Origin: Antedon mediterranea
Taxonomy: Eukaryota > Animalia > Echinodermata
DNA length: 64,000 nt
Reading direction: 5' to 3'
Assembly: GCF_964355755.1 (NCBI RefSeq)
Contig: NC_092675.1
Coordinates: 23,470,912-23,534,911, forward strand
The notes beneath the pieces were generated by a model. The model saw nothing but the letters and a program-made list of their open reading frames with translations. It had not been told where the DNA came from and did no database searches. A program made the position numbers and the translations under genes. Positions within the stretch are counted from its first letter, which is position 1; the number at the start of each line of letters is the position of its first letter. Shown piece after piece: positions 54,101 to 64,000 of this stretch.

Positions 54101-56263
54101 CCTAGTACCTACAGAATTTTTTTAATCAGTGGGTGGTTGTCGATGAATAATGTTGAATCCAAAGCAAAAAAAAATTTTACCAGAATGAAAGAATAAATGT
54201 AATTTGTAAAGCAAAAAAAAAACAAATTGGCTGCCGTTTTAAACTGTACAATGTGTTTTTGGTTAAATTTAACACTTTGTCTTTTTCTCATTTTTTACAG
54301 AAGTGATTGAATTTCTTAAAACTACAAAATAGTCTATTCAAAGTCTGATTAATTTAATTTTCATGTTTTTGGGGGACAAACAAATCTAGCCCTCCTGCAA
54401 CCATCTTGCAAGCCAAAGGTTAATAACAATGACAGGAAAGGTAGGTAGACACTGGGAAAATATAAAAGGGTACTTAATACAAAACCCAGACTTCCCGTTT
54501 ATAAATGGTCCTGAAACCTTCCTGTATTAGTTTATCCCAGGTACTTAAATAACAGTACTTTATTATTATGAAAGCATAAAGAGATGCATGCACGGTTCAT
54601 TTCATTCAATAATAAAGGCAACCCAACAATGGAAAAAACAGGTCAGAAACCCACACAATGGGATAAATTCCATGGCTGATACAATTAATAAACAATTTTT
54701 ACAAATTTAGAAGTTCAGTTGAATAAAAGCAAGTTATATTTAATATGTGATTGTGTATGTTTTGGGAAAAAAAGACCAACTGATATAGCTTTTTAGTGGT
54801 TCAGAAAATCTAAAAAACAAATTGTATTTGTTTGGAAAAAGGGCCCGTTTCTGCTGCACATCCTCTCAGAATATGGTATAAAAAGTGCACCCCATTTCCA
54901 CTATTAGTACTATCTTGGGTGGTCATATCGAATCACCTTTTGATCGTTAGTCATTCCGAGGCCGAATAAGATGGTTATCTTCGTTGTTTCAACAAGTCCA
55001 CACCCTGTATGCTTCTCTTTTTTTTTACTAAAATTATCTTTGTATTAAACCTTTCAATTTTCCCGAAATTATTTTTGAATTTTGATTTTCGTTGACTCTG
55101 GACTATTTATGTGTAAAAAGCTTGCAGAAAATAAAAACATACAGTATTTTTTATTGGCAGCAGAAAATGATACACAAAATATGGTATATTAAAATTTATA
55201 AATATCGTACAGTATTTACGCACTATATTTTTTCGAGCACCATTTTTTATGTCAAAAATATATCGTATAACTGTATTTAGAAAATGTGTAACATGGTAGT
55301 TCATAAAATTTGATTTGTCAAAAGTGGGAGCACACGCAAAAACCTACAGTAACCCAGACAAAAATCACTATACTGTAGTAGTTTAGCCAAAAACCCAGAA
55401 CGTAAAAATATCGAGCACCTGCCATGTACGTTTCCACATCCATATCTTTCTGGTTTACGATAATATTTGGCCACGTTTTATTGATTGACTTTATTCAAAA
55501 TTCTCTAATAAAAATGGACATAAAAAACATAAAAATGTACATGAAAAACAACATAAATAGTTACTGTAAAAAGAGAAAATCAGAATAATCCATTATTTAA
55601 CGTTTGTTCCTAAAAGGCGTCGCGATAAAATAAACTTCTTGCATTTTGAAAGTTTATTTTATCACGAGTCAACCAACAATTTCTATCGGGAACAATTTCA
55701 TCTAATCTATCACAAATTGTTATACCGATATTTGCTTGGTATCACACACTCACCCCTCTCATTTCGGGCAAGAGGGTTGCTATTATAAGCAACAAAATAT
55801 TTAATAATAGTGATGCACATTTCAGAAATCCTGGATCTGTTCCTTCTTAGTGGCTGCGGCACAATTAATTGATAAAACGAATCATTCTTCTTACCTGTGC
55901 GAGATCAATAGTAAGGTTTACTTTGCTGTAATCGAATGACCGAGAGAGTGGCGGACTCTGCCACCATTTCTCAGTGCCATCAATGGCATACTCTGCTGGA
56001 TGAGCTCGAAGGGAATCTCCAGTCTCGCAGTAGTCACAATATTGGCCATCCACTATGTCTTGTTCATTGTATCGAAAGCTGTTCACTCCTGTATTCCCTG
56101 CCAATTTACAATAGAGTTCTGCCTCACCTTCATCTGCACACGTAGAAGTTGCAGAAATTGATTTACCTTCAGCAATGTTAAAATATGGGGGAACAAGAAC
56201 GCCAGTAGTCTGGCATAATGAATTTGCAACTAAGCAAGATAAAATTAAAAGCAAAATCTTCAT
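15394..56263 (-). CDS. LAMA5: Laminin subunit alpha (alpha-3/5, LanA-type), complete, ~69 coding exons
   Basis: Signal peptide [18 protein letters not shown] (ATG 56263; an in-frame upstream ATG lies at 56344), LN domain ([35 protein letters not shown]), ~11 LE repeats, LF domain, LE, L4, LE, coiled coil, five LG domains, stop TAA at 15394-15396 after SFCPKN. Exons checked had GT-AG boundaries. The symbol indicates the alpha-3/5 class, not one-to-one orthology. Confidence 0.95.
22572..22736. mobile_element. hAT-like MITE
   Basis: Imperfect TIRs caaggccatagc...gctacggccccg with internal gacgaggc/gcctcatc repeats; TSD unclear. Confidence 0.45.
24225..29500 (-). CDS. Laminin alpha coiled-coil (domain I/II) exons
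   Basis: Heptad-rich segments after [10 protein letters not shown], e.g. [18 protein letters not shown] and [17 protein letters not shown]. Confidence 0.9.
27870..28186 (+). mobile_element. tRNA-derived SINE, apparently full length
   Basis: A-box tggccgagcgg, B-box ggttcaaggct, central gataaggactataaaccgtaggtcc...aaagaacc, (tcaa)n tail. Further copies at ~39540-39700 and ~29745-29880 on the minus strand. Confidence 0.85.
28425..28525 (-). pseudogene. Degenerate 5S rRNA-derived sequence (SINE3 head or 5S pseudogene)
   Basis: Shares acagcacc..gatattccca..gtctc..ggcccaacattgct.aactt with the 5S-like copy at 36269-36382. Confidence 0.55.
29501..32199 (-). CDS. Laminin alpha LE repeats C-terminal to L4
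   Basis: Cys-rich exons, e.g. [29 protein letters not shown] and [22 protein letters not shown]. Confidence 0.92.
29745..29880 (-). mobile_element. Decayed copy of the tRNA-derived SINE
   Basis: actagtacac..taacccctactc and gttctaccaccagaa match the reverse complement of 27950-28090. Confidence 0.55.
32444..34387 (-). CDS. Laminin alpha L4 (laminin B / IVa) domain exons
   Basis: [13 protein letters not shown]|[10 protein letters not shown]...ADVILS|GNGL...[22 protein letters not shown]. Confidence 0.9.
33018..33120 (-). mobile_element. Helentron/DINE-like element, related copy
   Basis: aacaaggcc..agtcgcgtgc..(gaccgacaga)n..gcgactaaaaa is the reverse-complement architecture of 8781-8895. 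Confidence 0.6.
36269..36382 (-). pseudogene. 5S rRNA-derived sequence (SINE3 head or dispersed 5S pseudogene)
   Basis: Reverse complement reads TACGGCTCTGCCATGTTGAAACACCGGTCCTTGTCAGATCACCAAAGTTGAGCAATGTTGGGCCCGGTTAGAGCTTGGACGGGAGACCATCTGGGAATATCAGGTGCTGTA. It is colinear with metazoan 5S rRNA including A- and C-box regions, but diverged. Confidence 0.8.
36816..43000 (-). CDS. Laminin alpha LF (IVb) globular domain exons
   Basis: [47 protein letters not shown] motifs typical of alpha-3B/5 chains. Confidence 0.88.
38524..38787. mobile_element. Harbinger-like MITE (family B) with a tandem duplication across its left end
   Basis: TIRs agctctgtttacacta / tagtgtagacagagct, flanks TAA/TTA; homologous to 62219-62357. 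Confidence 0.75.
39540..39700 (-). mobile_element. tRNA-derived SINE, partial copy
   Basis: ctactcgtctcgaaagatgtactag...ctggaccta...aagactcgttctaccac...ccatggagt is the reverse complement of 27940-28090. Confidence 0.8.
40411..40866. mobile_element. TIR MITE with ctccggag subterminal repeats
   Basis: 20-bp perfect TIR atacccctttcacaccaaaa / ttttggtgtgaaaggggtat; internal repeats of ctccggag and tttcacac. Confidence 0.8.
42170..42275 (+). mobile_element. Helentron/DINE-like element, copy 2
   Basis: Highly similar to 8781-8895, inserted in a T-run. Confidence 0.7.
42562..42649. repeat. Near-perfect 40-bp inverted repeat with 8-nt loop
   Basis: gtttgcagtacaccatgtatattagttctgaaaagaactg / cagtttttttcagaactaatatacatggtgtaccgcaaac, 2 mismatches. 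Confidence 0.9.
43309..50340 (-). CDS. Laminin alpha N-terminal LE repeat exons
   Basis: Series of exons, many ~132-139 bp, each C-x-C...GFYNFPxC. Confidence 0.93.
43642..43760. repeat. 46-bp minisatellite, ~2.5 copies
   Basis: Units start at 43642, 43688 and 43734 (ccaa.ctctctgggtaacct.ctgaaggtaggcctac...). Confidence 0.8.
45661..46292. mobile_element. Non-autonomous TIR element, superfamily unassigned
   Basis: ~45-bp imperfect TIRs tagagttctgtggtgtgacgtcacgatagatggcgctgcatgg / ccatgcagcgccacctaccgtcgtgatgtcagcaccgcagaactcta. Confidence 0.75.
46635..46668. repeat. (ATCTGT)n microsatellite
   Basis: About 5.5 perfect hexamer copies. Confidence 0.9.
47311..47502. repeat. 64-bp minisatellite, 3 copies
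   Basis: Units at 47311, 47375 and 47439, each starting gtaacattgcc and containing gtcgacactgg. Confidence 0.92.
50341..56263 (-). CDS. Laminin alpha signal peptide and LN domain exons (55895-56263, 50949-51185, 50181-50565)
   Basis: In-phase exons; [48 protein letters not shown]. Confidence 0.95.
53011..53633. mobile_element. Kolobok-like non-autonomous element (TTAA TSD, AG...CT termini)
   Basis: TTAA|agaccccttccct...agggaaggggtct|TTAA; interior richer in CpG than the surrounding intron. Confidence 0.8.
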
Positions 56264-57489
56264 CTTGCCTACTGACAGCACAACCTCAGCCGTCGCACCA
56301 CTCTTGTTGAATGAGATCGGTCTCAAAATCGCAGCATGCATCATTCATCGAGCCACAGCAGGCACATTACATTCCAATGCTTAAAGAATTTACGACTATA
56401 CCAAACCTTTGTTTTAATGGGTAACATAAAATATACATTATATAATGCCTCCTAAATTACCATACGCACTCATCTAACATTAACAAAATTCGTTCATGAT
56501 TCTTATCAGTATAATCTATAGTTATTTTACTAACGAATCAAACATTTCCTAATGACAAAGAAATAAACTTAAAATGCAATTGCCTCCTGTTTGTAAATGG
56601 AATACTCTGGTACAGTATTCTCTTTACAAAATCTAGGGTATCTCTCTTTAGGAAAGAGGGCGCCGTAAGTTTTAATATTATTATTATTTTTTTTTTTATG
56701 ATATCCTGTATTTTTGTTTTGTTTATTTATTTTTTTACTTGGGTTTCTGTTTTGTTTTTGTTATTGTACAGTTTAAGTAGTATGTATTTGCATACAGATT
56801 TATTTAATCAATTAGTTTACATTTTGTTTTGATGTTGTGTATTTAGTACTGTATTTAGAACCTGTGGCTATTTCAATTTTGTCTGTAGAATGGATGCACT
56901 GATATACTAAAGGTGATTCCTATGAATAAATAAAATAAATAAAACAAGTTTTATAAACTAGAAAGCAGTCGATTGCAAAAGGACTATACTAAAACAATCT
57001 CTGCATGGGTATTCTGAATCGTCTTAAAATTAACATTAACATTATTTCACATTGAGACGAATTTTAAAAATATTTTAAGAGTTCAAATTAAATTTGTGTT
57101 TAATTGTCGTTTGTTGTGATCCCGATCACATCGAATCGACCACGTAGATTGATGCCATCGTTATGGTAAGGAGGAGGAATACACAAGTACGACTATAAAT
57201 ATTTAAAACAAAGGGGTTACGATAAGGGTAGGTTCCAAGAACAAAATCGTTTTCTTTCCTTTTAGTGATGGTCTTCAACTTTGGAAAGAGGTAGGCCAAC
57301 TGTATGGCTATATATTACATTTAATTAAATGATCTTGGGTTTAGATTCTTCGTCCCAAGATAATAATAAAAATAATATTTATTCGGCAAAAGTTCTTAAA
57401 AGTAGGTTTTACATAATAACATTATATTATAATATTTCAATTATCAGTGTTCTTTTCGTTGCATACATTCCCAAATAGTAGATACATTT

Positions 57490-57890
57490 TTCCGGATGAT
57501 TTAAGTAAATTAGAACAATGGAGCAGCAAGTGTTTCTTGTATGAATAATCACAATTTCATCTAATTCATGGAAAACACACCTATGTTGAGAAGGATGTAT
57601 TTATGGCTTGTTACATCTGTACAACTAAAGTTTCTAAAGCATGCAACAAAGGCAAATTCTATTTTCCGGGTTTCCGACATTATTATGAACAAAAAAGATG
57701 TTGTTAGGCCCTAATTGGAACTCGATAGCTCAATGGAGTATGCTGTTTAGGCCTTGTCACCTTCTCAAATAGTTATTAAAGTATTTGAAAATTTCCAAAG
57801 ATGTGTAACAAAACTTGTCCCTTAATTATGAAATTTGCCATTTGAAATTTGTCCGAACACGCCTGTCTACTAAACTAACTAGGAGAGAAA
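57490..57890 (+). mobile_element. Decayed CR1/L2-group LINE ORF2 fragment
   Basis: Frameshifted remnants DDLSKLEQWSSK, EKD, VSKA, VRP..EYA and FENFQRCVTKLVP, in the order expected for the RT C-terminal region. Confidence 0.65.
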
Positions 57891-58847
57891 TCAAACGCAA
57901 CAATTTCTCGTAGCCAGTAAAAGTTAATTCTTTCAAAAACAAATGCAGAGAGTAGGAGGTAGAATATCTTACGAGTTTTACCAAAGAACTTATAACACGA
58001 ATAAAGTTTATATTAATATTTTAGTACTGCAAGTGTTGTGTTCTTTGGTTTTACTAATAGCCTCTTACAGTACAAACATATTAATATAACTTTACTCGTC
58101 CACAAGAACTTATGAATATTATCAGAATAACATTACCTCATCTTCTCGGATTTAATGAAAACAACAAACCGTAAAAGGTGCATTTTCCATGAATGCTGCT
58201 GACCATTAGTAGTGGGTGTTTGTTCCAAAGAGGATGCAACCGGGGATGCAACGAAAAATATCAGTGCGGATTGGAACAGTACGGAGATTTGTAACGGGAC
58301 GACGAGAGGGAACATCAATGAAAAAGTTGGGAATGGATGGGAACGTAATACACCTACAAATGTTACAACAAAGGACCATACAGTCAGGAGAAACATGGCA
58401 AAAGTCTTCCTACTTTCTAAGAGTGTTATCAGATAATCTATATTGTTATGTTTTGACAACTCTGAGATCACAGTGCTGATTTTTCTAAATTCTAAGTACT
58501 GCTTGACAAGTTTGTTAAAAGAGGATGGAGCTAATGAAGGTCTATGTTGGTCTGGGTTCCAGACGGAGTTTTGTTTTAATATTACTAAAAAGATAAATAT
58601 TTTGGCATATATGGCGTTTCATACGTATACTACTTGAGTTTGGATTTTCTGAAAAAAATCTAAATAAAAACAAATAAATCAAACAAAGACAATGAATACA
58701 GACTTGGGGCAAGTCTAGTCTATGGTATATAATTTCCCTCCAATATTTGCTTAAAATCGACGTTTGATCCAAAAATATTATTCATGAATTTACTAAGAAG
58801 ACGACTTTCAATAAAAATCATCTACTACTGTATTACCAAGGTATTTA

Positions 58848-58992
58848 AGCCGATTTTCCACTAGGCGAATCGAAGGCGTCAGTTAATACGCATGCGTAGA
58901 GAAGGATGTGGAAGATGTAAACATGAATACACATGCGTACAAACTGGCGCTTTCGATTCGCGCGAACAAATTCGCCTAGTGGAAAATCGGCT
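58848..58992. mobile_element. Harbinger-like MITE (family A), copy 1
   Basis: TIR agccgattttccactaggcgaat / attcgcctagtggaaaatcggct; near-identical to 63520-63678 apart from a short deletion. Confidence 0.88.
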
Positions 58993-59362
58993 TATAGAGA
59001 TATTATAATATATCTATGTTTATAGTAAACTCTGTCAACAAAACAACAACTATACTTTATGGATTTAAGCTCATGTCTTTAATAAAAAAAAAACAACAGC
59101 ATCGTTTTTAACAAAACAAATTGTAAAACTAACAAAGGGAAACAATCACATTTTATGCTATATAATTAATAAATCAGTTAATAACAATAATACTAATTGG
59201 AAGATTTTATAAAGGGCTAAAATATTGTATCATTATTTATAATTAAAAGTTACCTAATTTGCAATTAATTTGTTATCACACAGTACATTAAACAATTAAA
59301 ATGCATTTTTATTGTAGGCCTATCATTTGTTCATTCATCTATAAAATAGAAATACAGAGTTA

Positions 59363-59489
59363 AGCTTGGTTTCCACAGTAGGGCCAAACGCAATCCAAGT
59401 ACTTTGACCAATCACGACGCGTACATAATCAGAACTGCTCCTTGTGATTTGTCAACTCTACGTCGTAGCATCCTAGTGGGAACCAAGCT
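59363..59489. mobile_element. Harbinger-like MITE (family C)
   Basis: TTA|agcttggtttccac...gtgggaaccaagct|TTA. Confidence 0.8.
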
Positions 59490-59673
59490 TTATGGGCAGA
59501 GTATGATGCTAATGTTGTTTGTTTATTGTCAGTTTTGTTTAGGAGACATGTAGTACACTAGAGATAAAAGTTGCTGTACTGTAGTATCAACTTAAGTATT
59601 TTGCCAAAGTTTAAATTGTCAGTGTCTGGCAAGATGTACGTTTAACCAATGACAGAAAAGCAGACAAGCTTAA

Positions 59674-60035
59674 AGGGCCATTTACACTACGATAAATATA
59701 TAAGCATGCATTTTTTTTACATAAATCAAAAGAAATAAGAAAAGTTTGCGTTGTAGAACGATAAGATAATCAATTATGCTGTCTTTGATAAAAATAAAGA
59801 TTTTTAAAATTCCAATCAAATGACGTCATGATAAATGAAAACGATAAAATCGTTGTATTGTCACGTTATTATTGCTCTTACTAATCATGACGTATGAAAA
59901 CATCATTTTCATCAAAGGAAGCATAGATGGTTATTCTATAGTTCTAGAATGAAAAGTGTTTATATCTCTTTTGTTTTATGTATGAAAAATGCACATTTGT
60001 CTATTTATCGTTATAGTCCTAGTGTAAGTGGGCCT
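59674..60035. mobile_element. Harbinger-like foldback MITE (family D)
   Basis: TAA|agggccatttacacta...tagtgtaagtgggcct|TAA; interior largely an imperfect palindrome. Confidence 0.78.
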
Positions 60036-60419
60036 TAACACTTGGTGCTTTTCTTATACTATACACGTATTTGGCAGCACTGATTATTTACCATTCCAGT
60101 TAACAGCTATACAGCAACATACAGCATTTTGTTAATACAAGGTTTTCTTTCGGAAGTATTGATTACTATGTAATATGATACTGTTGTTCTAAAATGTATC
60201 TGTGGGCAACTTACATTATTTAATTTATTACACATAAAAATCATTGCTGTATTTTATACATTCTTCATTTTGTCAAGTTGATTACAATTCATTGAAATAC
60301 AAGTTTGAGAATGCACTGACTATCTGTGCATCATATTTGGTCATATATTAAAATCTTTAGTTCAAATTCTCATTAGTCAATCTATGTACCACCAACGGTT
60401 CAATGTTAAAATCTGCTTA

Positions 60420-60744
60420 AGATGTATTGTCCCCCAAAAATATGAAAAATGAAGATTAATTAAATCAGACTTTTAATATGTTATTTTGTAGTTTTAATAA
60501 AGTTAATCACTTCAGTAGAAAAAAAAACCGAAATAAAATAACAAAATAAATGGTTGAATTCAACCCAAAACCCATTGGCTGGCAGCCAATTTGACAATTT
60601 TTTTGCTTTAAATTACAGTTTTTTTCAGGTAAACACATTTTTTTCGATCCAATTTTTGGTCAAAGTGGATAATATTATGTTACATTAAAATGGCATAATA
60701 AAAAATGTTGTTAAGAATTATTTTTTCAGGGGGACAATACATCT
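60420..60744. mobile_element. TIR MITE flanked by TTAA (Kolobok-like)
   Basis: TIR agatgtattgtccccc / gggggacaatacatct, with TTAA at both ends. Confidence 0.78.
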
Positions 60745-61325
60745 TTAACAAGTGACAGTATATTGTGATCTAAGAAATTTGTCACAATGCAGAAAGTGAA
60801 GTATATTGTACTTTTTACACATAAAATTACAAATTTCTTATCCTTTTTATGAGTAAAACATTAAATAAATCTTTCTCAATATTAAGGCAGATTTAAATGG
60901 CCTAAAACATGTTTTCCACTGGGCGAATTTGTCTATGTGAATCAAAAGCATCAGCTTATATGCATACATATTTATTCTTTCATCTACCAGTCCTTCTCCT
61001 ATTCAGTTGAATAGTTTCTACTTTTTGCAAAGCGCAAAATTGCGCAACCAATTAGAGCTCGGGGAATGAGTTATGAGCACTCGTGCAAATTGAAAAGCTC
61101 ACGCAATGGAGTTCTTGCAGTGACAATGGTTAAGATGCATTTTCTCTGTGAAAACATTGGATTCACACAACTAATTTCTCATAATGGAAAACAGGCTTTA
61201 GTTCATATATCTGGTGATGTGTGAATGTTGGTTGCACATTGATTGGAAAACATGGAAATTGGTTGCGACACTCATTAAGCGGAGAAGGCTGTACAACATG
61301 CATACTACGTAGAGGGCTCCAAACG

Positions 61326-63935
61326 TTAGACAAAACTGAGAAGTTCAACATCAAAGACCAACGTTGAAGATGGTGGAATAGTGTGTAGCAGTTAAGGAAA
61401 ATAATCTTTTCAACATTTTACCTAGCTAAAAAATAAAAAAGTAATACAGTACTTTAAACAATAATCATAAAATATAATTATTATAAATAAGGAGTTAAAC
61501 TAAGTTAACATTTTCATTTAAACATTTTGAATAGCACTTCTGATCAATATAAATTCACCACAGTGGTTCATTACTGTAGGGTTTTGAATTATTGACATTT
61601 AGGAGTTGACTAGCATAATAGACCATGATTTATTCCAACATCCAGGATAATATTTTAGACATTCAAATATAATTTTTTTAATGAAAATGTCATCCATGTA
61701 AAATAATTTTATAAATAAATAAATAAATAATTTATATTATTAAAACTATTGTTACGTACAGTACAAGCATGCTCGATTTGAACATTTCAAATTGACAAAT
61801 TTGTTTTCATCAAAGCTGAAGTGGACACTCACAGACTTATAGGCTAAAACATGGGCTGGTGGTAGCAATTCATTTTTTGTCATAGGGAAAACAATTGGGA
61901 AATTATGTTAAATGAATTTCTTTATAATTATTAATAGGGAAAATTTCATCACTCATCAACTTCATTGAGCATTACAAAATAACATGTTTGTCAGTGTTTT
62001 TTTTGTGAAAAGGGCATTATATAAATTATTGAAAATAAAATAACAATTTAAAGGATATACACCAGGATAACCTTTGCTTCCATATGCAAAATCAGGAGGA
62101 CAGGTGAGGACTGCTCGTTCTCCTTTACTCATCTGAAATAAACAATAAATAAAATATTAACAATGTTACAAACATACATATATGTTGGGCTTATTGCTGC
62201 ATTACACAACATCTTTAAAGCTCTGTGTACACTATCAAACTAGTTTGACAACAAAAGTGTGATGTGCCCAAATATGGTAGTAATATGACATCATCATGTC
62301 CATATATGGGCACATCACATTTTTTTGTCACATAAAGTTTGATAGTCTAAACAGAGCAATTTTAGAATTTAAATTATTAAAAAAAAAAGATTACAGTATG
62401 AATTCTCTTTATTTTGAATGATATGTAGTTTTTTTAACCACTAAATAATCAAATATCTATAGGCTTAGAATTAACATGATCATGATGATAACAATCATGT
62501 TCTTGATAGACCTCGAATCAAGGGCTCCAGTAGGTTAAAGCCTTTACCACTAGATAAATCACCACCAAATATTTCGGTTGGGAAACGCTGTTTTCAACAA
62601 GGTATTTATTCTCTCTCTATGCTTATATAGCATCCTCTATAATGTCCCATATTATGTCATAATTAAGGTAATGAATTATTCATGATTTCTGCCTTAGTCT
62701 CATAGGAAAAAAAATAATGCGGCCTGGCAGTGAAAATAGTTTATACTGTATTAGCCATCATACAATATTCAAAAGCCCATTTTGATTTCAATGTTAGCCC
62801 ACCCGTGGTTAGATGACGTAGTAGTGCAGACTTTCAACTTATTGGTATGGCCCCATTCATAGGGAGCAGTAAGTGATCACATCTGCAGAGTATTTTATTT
62901 TATTACACTTGTAACATTATCAACATTAATGATTGTAATTCTTCTCTATTACAATTATGAGATAAATATAAAAAAGAAGATGGATGATGAACTTCTCCAT
63001 TGGACCAACAAGTAATTACAGTCAAATCTAATTGGACTGGAATAAAAAAGTTGAAGTTATCCGAACTTCAACATGACAAATTTGTAAAAACAATGCTCCG
63101 AATAGTACACAGTACTGCTCTCTGCACAAACATGGAATGACTCATGCTGAGCATTTAATTGAGTTTATTAAATTCTAGGCTTTGATTTTAACGCTAATAG
63201 TAATATGTACTGTATTGTTCAGTTCAAATTTCAAGTTTATTGTAAACAATATGATAATAAAGAACATACATTAATAAATAACAATTGTGTGAGGAGGACG
63301 CATTAAGCCAAGGCTTTAAGTTTGGTCCTCCATTGTACTGTATTAAGCAAATAAAAAATTATTCATTTTCATTCTTCTGTCTACCAGGGAAGCAAAACTC
63401 AGACAACAATACACCACCAGATTGAGAGAGAACTGATATTTTCCCATACTATCACCTCTCTCAGTTTGTTATCCGTATCATTTTCATCTGCATTTTGAGT
63501 TTGTTGGAAATCAGACTTAAGCCGATTTTCCACTAGGCGAATTTGTTCGCGCGAATCAAAGGCGTCAGCTAATACGCATGCGTAGATAAGGATTTGGAAG
63601 ACGTAAACATGAATACACATGCGTACAAGCTGGCGCGTTCGATTCGCGCGAACAAATTCGCCTAGTGGAAAATCGGCTTTATACCAAAACCACTAAAGAA
63701 TGTGTATACTGTACTGTATAGTATTAGTTACACAGAATGTATAGGTATAGGAATTTCGACATAGGTGGAGTCAACTGTAATTTTGTAAACTGTTATTAAA
63801 GCAAGATAATACAAAAAACAACCTTAGCAACGCCGACGTCCCATCCTTTTATGACTTGACCTGCTCCTAATTTAAATTTGAAGGGCTTGCCACGATCACG
63901 AGATGAATCAAACTTTGTTCCATCTGTCAAAGTTC
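61326..63935 (-). CDS. FKBP1A: FKBP12-type peptidyl-prolyl cis-trans isomerase, last three coding exons; 5' part beyond the window
   Basis: Exons 63823-63935 ([38 protein letters not shown]), 62059-62132 ([24 protein letters not shown]) and 61326-61380 ([18 protein letters not shown]). Confidence 0.93.
61381..62058 (-). other. U12-type (minor spliceosome) AT-AC intron, 678 nt
   Basis: 5' splice site ATATCCTTT at 62058-62050; branch point TTTCCTTAAC at 61400-61391; 3' end ...CACAC at 61381. Splicing restores the conserved YPGV-IPP frame. Confidence 0.93.
62219..62357. mobile_element. Harbinger-like MITE (family B), copy 2
   Basis: agctctgtgtacactatcaaact...agtttgatagtctaaacagagc; core atatggtagt.at..gacatcat..tgtccat..gggcacatcaca shared with 38524-38787. 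Confidence 0.8.
63520..63678. mobile_element. Harbinger-like MITE (family A), copy 2, intact
   Basis: ~39-bp perfect TIR agccgattttccactaggcgaatttgttcgcgcgaatc with TTA direct repeats at 63517-63519 and 63679-63681. Confidence 0.9.
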
Positions 63936-64000
63936 CTAAAATACAGTAAAAGGTACACAAACAATTGTAAACTATACAATGACAAAAAAATGTCAACTGA

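Noticed and set aside
58133-58479. Overlapping 74-112 aa ORFs on both strands
   Set aside because: Listed starts are non-ATG, no motif or partner exons; better explained by locally higher GC.

Overview
AT-rich, intron-dense animal genomic DNA, apparently from an invertebrate; it is not prokaryotic, so most short ORFs in the track are exon fragments or noise. Three spliced genes lie head-to-tail on the minus strand. (1) The 3' part of an FKBP12-type peptidyl-prolyl isomerase (61326-63935), whose last intron is a textbook U12-type AT-AC minor-spliceosome intron. (2) A complete laminin alpha-3/5-type chain (15394-56263, about 69 coding exons; LN-LE-LF-LE-L4-LE-coiled coil-LG1-5) with an RGD in the L4 domain. 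(3) A TRPA1-like ankyrin-repeat channel (about 10204 running off the window start) that appears to lack the first ~5 ankyrin repeats and the C621/C641-equivalent cysteines. An unexplained spliced, weakly coding unit sits at about 12.1-13.7 kb. Introns and intergenic DNA hold many small non-autonomous elements: Harbinger-like and Kolobok-like MITEs, tRNA- and 5S-derived SINEs, Helentron/DINE-like elements, a decayed LINE and minisatellites. Exon coordinates were read by eye and homology statements come from memory, not from database searches.
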